In this document: in pieces, positions 59,832 to 64,000 of the stretch
How the letters are laid out: each line of letters begins with the position of its first letter
How positions within the stretch are numbered: the first letter of the stretch is position 1
Assembly: GCA_050575255.1 (NCBI GenBank)
Contig: JBNZDD010013687.1
Span: forward strand, 2,587,227 to 2,651,226
Length of the DNA: 64,000 nt
Source: Harriotta raleighana
Taxonomy: Eukaryota
Direction of reading: 5' to 3'
Program-made: the position numbers and the translations under genes
Notes under the pieces: model-generated
Database searches by the model: none
What the model was told of the DNA's origin: nothing
Seen by the model: only the letters and a program-made list of their open reading frames with translations

Positions 59832-61958
59832 TAACGTTTTAATTTCTTATACTTTAAATATTGAAATAATGTAAATTTATAATGCAACTTGAGAAATAGA
59901 TATACTGTTTCAGATATTTATGACAATCAGTTTAATTCTATTGGAAGAAGATAAAATAAAATTGTGAATTTTGTGTAAAATAAATGGTGAATTTTTAACT
60001 TAATTTGCGATTTATTGGTTTCCAGCATTCTGCAGTGTGGGTGCCTTCTTTAGGGGAAAAAGAGGTACAACATCAAAGATTTTGATCTGACAGGAAAATT
60101 ACATTTCCGCCGTTACAAAGGGGTAATCAGCAGAAAAAAAAACCTGGTCACAATCACAGTTTGACATGGTCTGTCAGATGCGGAAAAAACACACTTATGC
60201 TCATCTGCCTGAGGATGCCACAGACATCAATCTTATAGATTGACAATTAAAGTACATCGTATCATTTCTGGTAACCAACATAAAATGTCCTGTTCATTTT
60301 CCAAATGTCCCTGTCAACATTTTGAAGGCTTGAACAATGGTTTATCGGCAAAAAAATCTTAAACTAACAACTAATCAATGTGGCTGATATATTTATAGAA
60401 ATTTTAAATGATTTCTCAAGAATAAAAATCAACATTATTGTATCTTCTCTAAATACTGTTCTTTGTGATCCCATGGTTATGCTGTTCCTAATATAATCAT
60501 CACAAATCTATTTAATTTGATTAAATAAGTCAAGCATCTGTTATTACTTTCATTTTAAATAGTTCAAGTAATGTCATATAACAGCTAAATAATTCATTCA
60601 TCCCGTGGTGTCATGCTGTTTAAAGAATAGTATTGCAAACGCAGCAAAGATAAAATGTTGGCTATTTACTTTTACGCACTGAGAGTTTGCTATGCAGACA
60701 CTTCTGCTCACTCACTGACCTGTAAAATCTCAGGTGGTGATTAGGATATGATAGTTGAAGTTCTATTTTAATACATTCAAGTTATATTCACAGGCTTTAA
60801 GTAATTTGTTAAACACCTGTCTGTTTTGTGGGAAATTTTAACATGCCACATGAATCCGCAGGAACTCAGAGGGACTTTCTCACAGTGCATCAGCAATTCA
60901 CTGTAAAACCAAAAGTTGTAAAATTAATCACCACACAATTACAGAAATATTAACTGTATTATAACTCGCCACAGATGAAAGCTGTCATTCAAATGTTGAT
61001 AAGCAAAACTGCAAAATAACTATTATTACAAAACTTAAAGTAAGAAATGTATCATTTAAACATTTTGAAAATACAGTACTTTTCAAAAATACATAAAGCT
61101 AAGGAAAACTAGGTGGAGATTCTTCACCCTTTCTCAGTGAACCACAAAGAATGAAGATGTGTATGATTTTTGCAAGAGTGGAATGGGTTGTCTATCAGTT
61201 GTGTATTGGCGACAGTCTGTCTGCAGACCGTAAGATGATCTCCACAGCTTCAGAGGAAAGCAGGCAGGATTCCGGGCTTGCGAGCATAGATATTGATCTA
61301 CCTCAGGCATCTAAACAATGCCTCACCTGTTTGCCTTGTTCGTATTTTATTTTATGCAGCCTAATGCGTGTTTTGTTTAGCTTTTCTTTTATTTATGTGG
61401 ATCTGAGGTTTGATACACTTTGGGAGTGTATAAACAGTGTTGTACTTGAACACCACCATACTTTCAAGCCCCTTGGTGGTTCTAGACCACCCCCTCCTTG
61501 TAGAGACATATACTGTGATACCAGATTAAATGAACAGCTAAAAAAAGTTCATAAAAAGGATGTTAAATTAGAAAGGCTAGTGTCTACCTATTCACAACAT
61601 ACTAGTAAGTTTTGTACTGTGATTTTCAACTAATATTTAAATTGGTCTTCACCTTTTCATTTTTTAAACTGAAACTAACTCCTCTTTAGCTTTTAAATAA
61701 ACATTTGAAAGTCTATTGTAATGATGGGGATAACACAATTTTTATAAACTGCATAGACAAATGTATCTGACATATAGGAAACACAATGATTATTTGAAAT
61801 CTGTTCATTTAGGAATTCTGAAATGATAGAAACTGTTAAAAAGGTTAAAATAATAATTGTAAAGCTATTCTTTGCACCTAAAATTTAATATTTTTCTGTT
61901 GGTTTAAAGGATTTTTTTTGGTTGGAATTGCTATTTATCCTAACCCCTGACAACTATT

Positions 61959-62024
61959 CAGTGCCTTGGGATGCTCTCCCTCTGTGAAAGGTGCTCTACA
62001 AATGTCATTTTGCTGCTGTTGTTG
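61959..62024 (+). mobile_element. L2 3' tail
   Basis: cagtgccttgggatgctctccctctgtgaaaggtgctctacaaatgtcattttgctgctgttgttg. Confidence 0.7.
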
Positions 62025-62355
62025 AATTTCTAAAGATGTATTTCCGTTTTAGGTAAATGCAGCGCTCAGGTTCTGCAGTAAGGGAAATGTTTGAGAACAT
62101 ATTATGCTGTACTATAAGAAACTAAATTTTGGAAGTTCCAACATTCTTGGCAAAATCTATGAACAGGATTGCTAACTCTAATTTGAATGTATATATAAAG
62201 ATGGAGAGCTACCAGGCAGATTTCTGTATGTAAATTGTTAAATATTTCTCCAGTGAGAGCAGGTATATCAGTCAGAGAATATTGTGGCTTATGTCTGATA
62301 CAATGTCCCTGCTGTCAATGACAAAAAATATAATGACATAATGACATAAACCAGC

Positions 62356-63152
62356 GCCTTCACACCTCAGGCACTGGCAGCATCAACCTCCATGGTTACA
62401 CACTCCAGCTCACCAAGCCAGTCAGGAACCCAGGTGTCTTGTTCAATCCTCAACTGTCTTTCCAGCCCTACATGCAAGCCATTCTTCCTTGCCTCACCTT
62501 TGCAATGTTGCCTAACTCCGCCTTTACCTCAGCCCTCAGGTAGCTGAAACCCTCATTCATGCCTTCATTACATCCATGCTTAACTATGCCAACATCCTGC
62601 TTGTCGGCCTTCCCAATTCCTCCCTCCACAGGTCGCAGATAATCCAGAACTCTGCAGCCTATGTCCTACCGCTCCATCCCATCTCCCCCATTCTCACCCG
62701 ACTCTATTGGCTCCCCATCACCCAGAGGATTTAATTCAAGATCCTGGTCCTCACATTCAAAGCCCTCCAAGGCCTCACCCCACCCTACCTCAGGGACCTC
62801 CTAACCCCTTACCAACCTGCTCACTCCCTCCGCTCAGCAGGCTCCGACCTGCTCCATGTCCCCCGACCCACTGGCCCCAGCATCGGCGGGCAAGCCTTCA
62901 GCCACTCTGCCACTAAACTCTGGAATTCCGTCCTGCAATCCCTCCACCTCACATTCTCCCTATCCTCCTTTAAGTCCCGCCTTGAGAACCTCATCTTCAA
63001 CGGTCCCATCGGTCATTTGAAATCCCCTCCTCTCCCTCCACCCTCCCCGATCCCTATACCACCTCTGGGCTGAAACATTGTCTCTCCATTGCCTTGGGAC
63101 ATTCCCCCCAACATGAAAGGAGCTATACAAATATAATTTTATTGTTGTTGTT
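62356..63152 (+). mobile_element. 5'-truncated L2 LINE (ORF2 C-terminus plus 3' tail)
   Basis: VRNPGVLFNPQLSF..AETLIHAFITSMLNYANILLVGLP..QIIQNSAA..LYWLPITQRI*FKILVLTFKALQGLTPPYL..GGQAFSHSATKLWNS..FKSRLENLIF; tail ttgggacattccc..gaaaggagctatacaaat..(ttg)n; frameshifted. Confidence 0.92.
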
Positions 63153-63298
63153 AAACATAAGAAAATCTCCTTATGTGTGTGTTTATATATATATATGTAT
63201 GTGTGTGTGTCTGTATCTATATATATATACTCTGACCTTCCAAAGTCAATGAAGCAAAAATAGTTCATTCACCCATCTCTTAAATTCAAGTCTGGCTA

Positions 63299-63350
63299 CT
63301 CAACAACAATAATTTGAATTTATGTAGCACTCTTCACGGTGAAAAGCATC
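63299..63350 (-). mobile_element. L2 3' tail end
   Basis: caacaacaataatttgaatttatgtagcactcttcacgg. Confidence 0.6.
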
Positions 63351-63352
63351 TT

Positions 63353-64000
63353 GGCGTACCCCATGGTATGACTGCCCATTGTCACCCACCCTATTCAATT
63401 TATATATCAATGACGTGTTGAATGGCATTGATGGGGATGGAATTGGTGTATTTGTTCCAGACCTTTCTGACAGGATTGTGGAATTTCTGTTCAGAATGGA
63501 TTTTATGCTACTGGTAGACTCACTTTGGGACCTTATGAGCTGCAGTGAACATCTTGGACACTCAGTGGGACATCATGATGGATTCCCCAAAGGGCAGAAT
63601 CATGATTCTGTATTGGCTCAAGAGAGGACATTGAGGGTATTGATTGGAAGATACAAGGAGCATCAATCCCAATTGTTGATTCTTATTGGTATCTTGGAGG
63701 TTTTGGTAGAAACCAACTTTTGCTTGGACACTGTCCCGAAGGGCTGCACAGAGATCGGGTGAAAGGCACTAAGGTCATGCGCGGCCTCTATTGGAACCTG
63801 AGCGGAGGGGCTTCCCCAGCTCATTCACAATTGATAGGATCAAGCAGTGAGGTGTATTTGTGGCAAACACTCGAAGCGGTGTCACGGAGGAAGGACTCTG
63901 GCCTACACTGAGCAACCTGGAGGTAACAATCTTTTTTAATCATGGGGATTGTTCACTAGGATCAATAAAGTCCAATTGAACAGGCAGACATAAACTTAGT
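63353..64000 (+). mobile_element. Decayed non-LTR retrotransposon RT fragment, apparently not L2
   Basis: GVPHG/CPLSPTLFNLYINDV (cf. QGCPLSPxLF), VPDLSDRIVEFLFRMDFMLLVDS (decayed LFADD motif), and WKIQGASIPIVDSYWYLG at 63645-63698 (YKYLG motif); frameshifts. Confidence 0.75.

Noticed and set aside
61151-61633. 160-aa ATG ORF
   Set aside because: No recognisable domain or coding-like composition; more likely a chance ORF over non-coding sequence.

Overview
Vertebrate genomic DNA, not prokaryotic. It contains one protein-coding gene, an intronless FoxG1 (forkhead box G1) CDS at 35937-37175 (+), set in a gene desert. The gene has a GC-box/CCAAT promoter, three short upstream ORFs, and a 3'UTR with miR-9, miR-200, miR-30, miR-33 and miR-92 seed matches and a poly(A) signal. 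The short His tract and the repeat content (tRNA-Ala-headed Deu-domain-like SINEs sharing a 3' tail with L2 LINEs) suggest a cartilaginous fish, possibly a chimaera; this is inference. Roughly 20.5-57 kb is AT-rich yet keeps its CpGs, like a germline-hypomethylated domain, and about 26-51 kb lacks recognisable SINE/LINE copies. The CpG-poor flanks hold many SINE/L2 fragments, a probable fossil hAT (Charlie-like) transposase and a second, non-L2 RT fragment. Three duplications next to single Ns look like assembly artefacts. I could not establish a new biological system. The best leads are the chained uORFs ending in a TGATG overlap with the FoxG1 start, fold-back pairs of L2 tails, and SINE copies that record the methylation domain. 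Repeat boundaries are estimates by eye.
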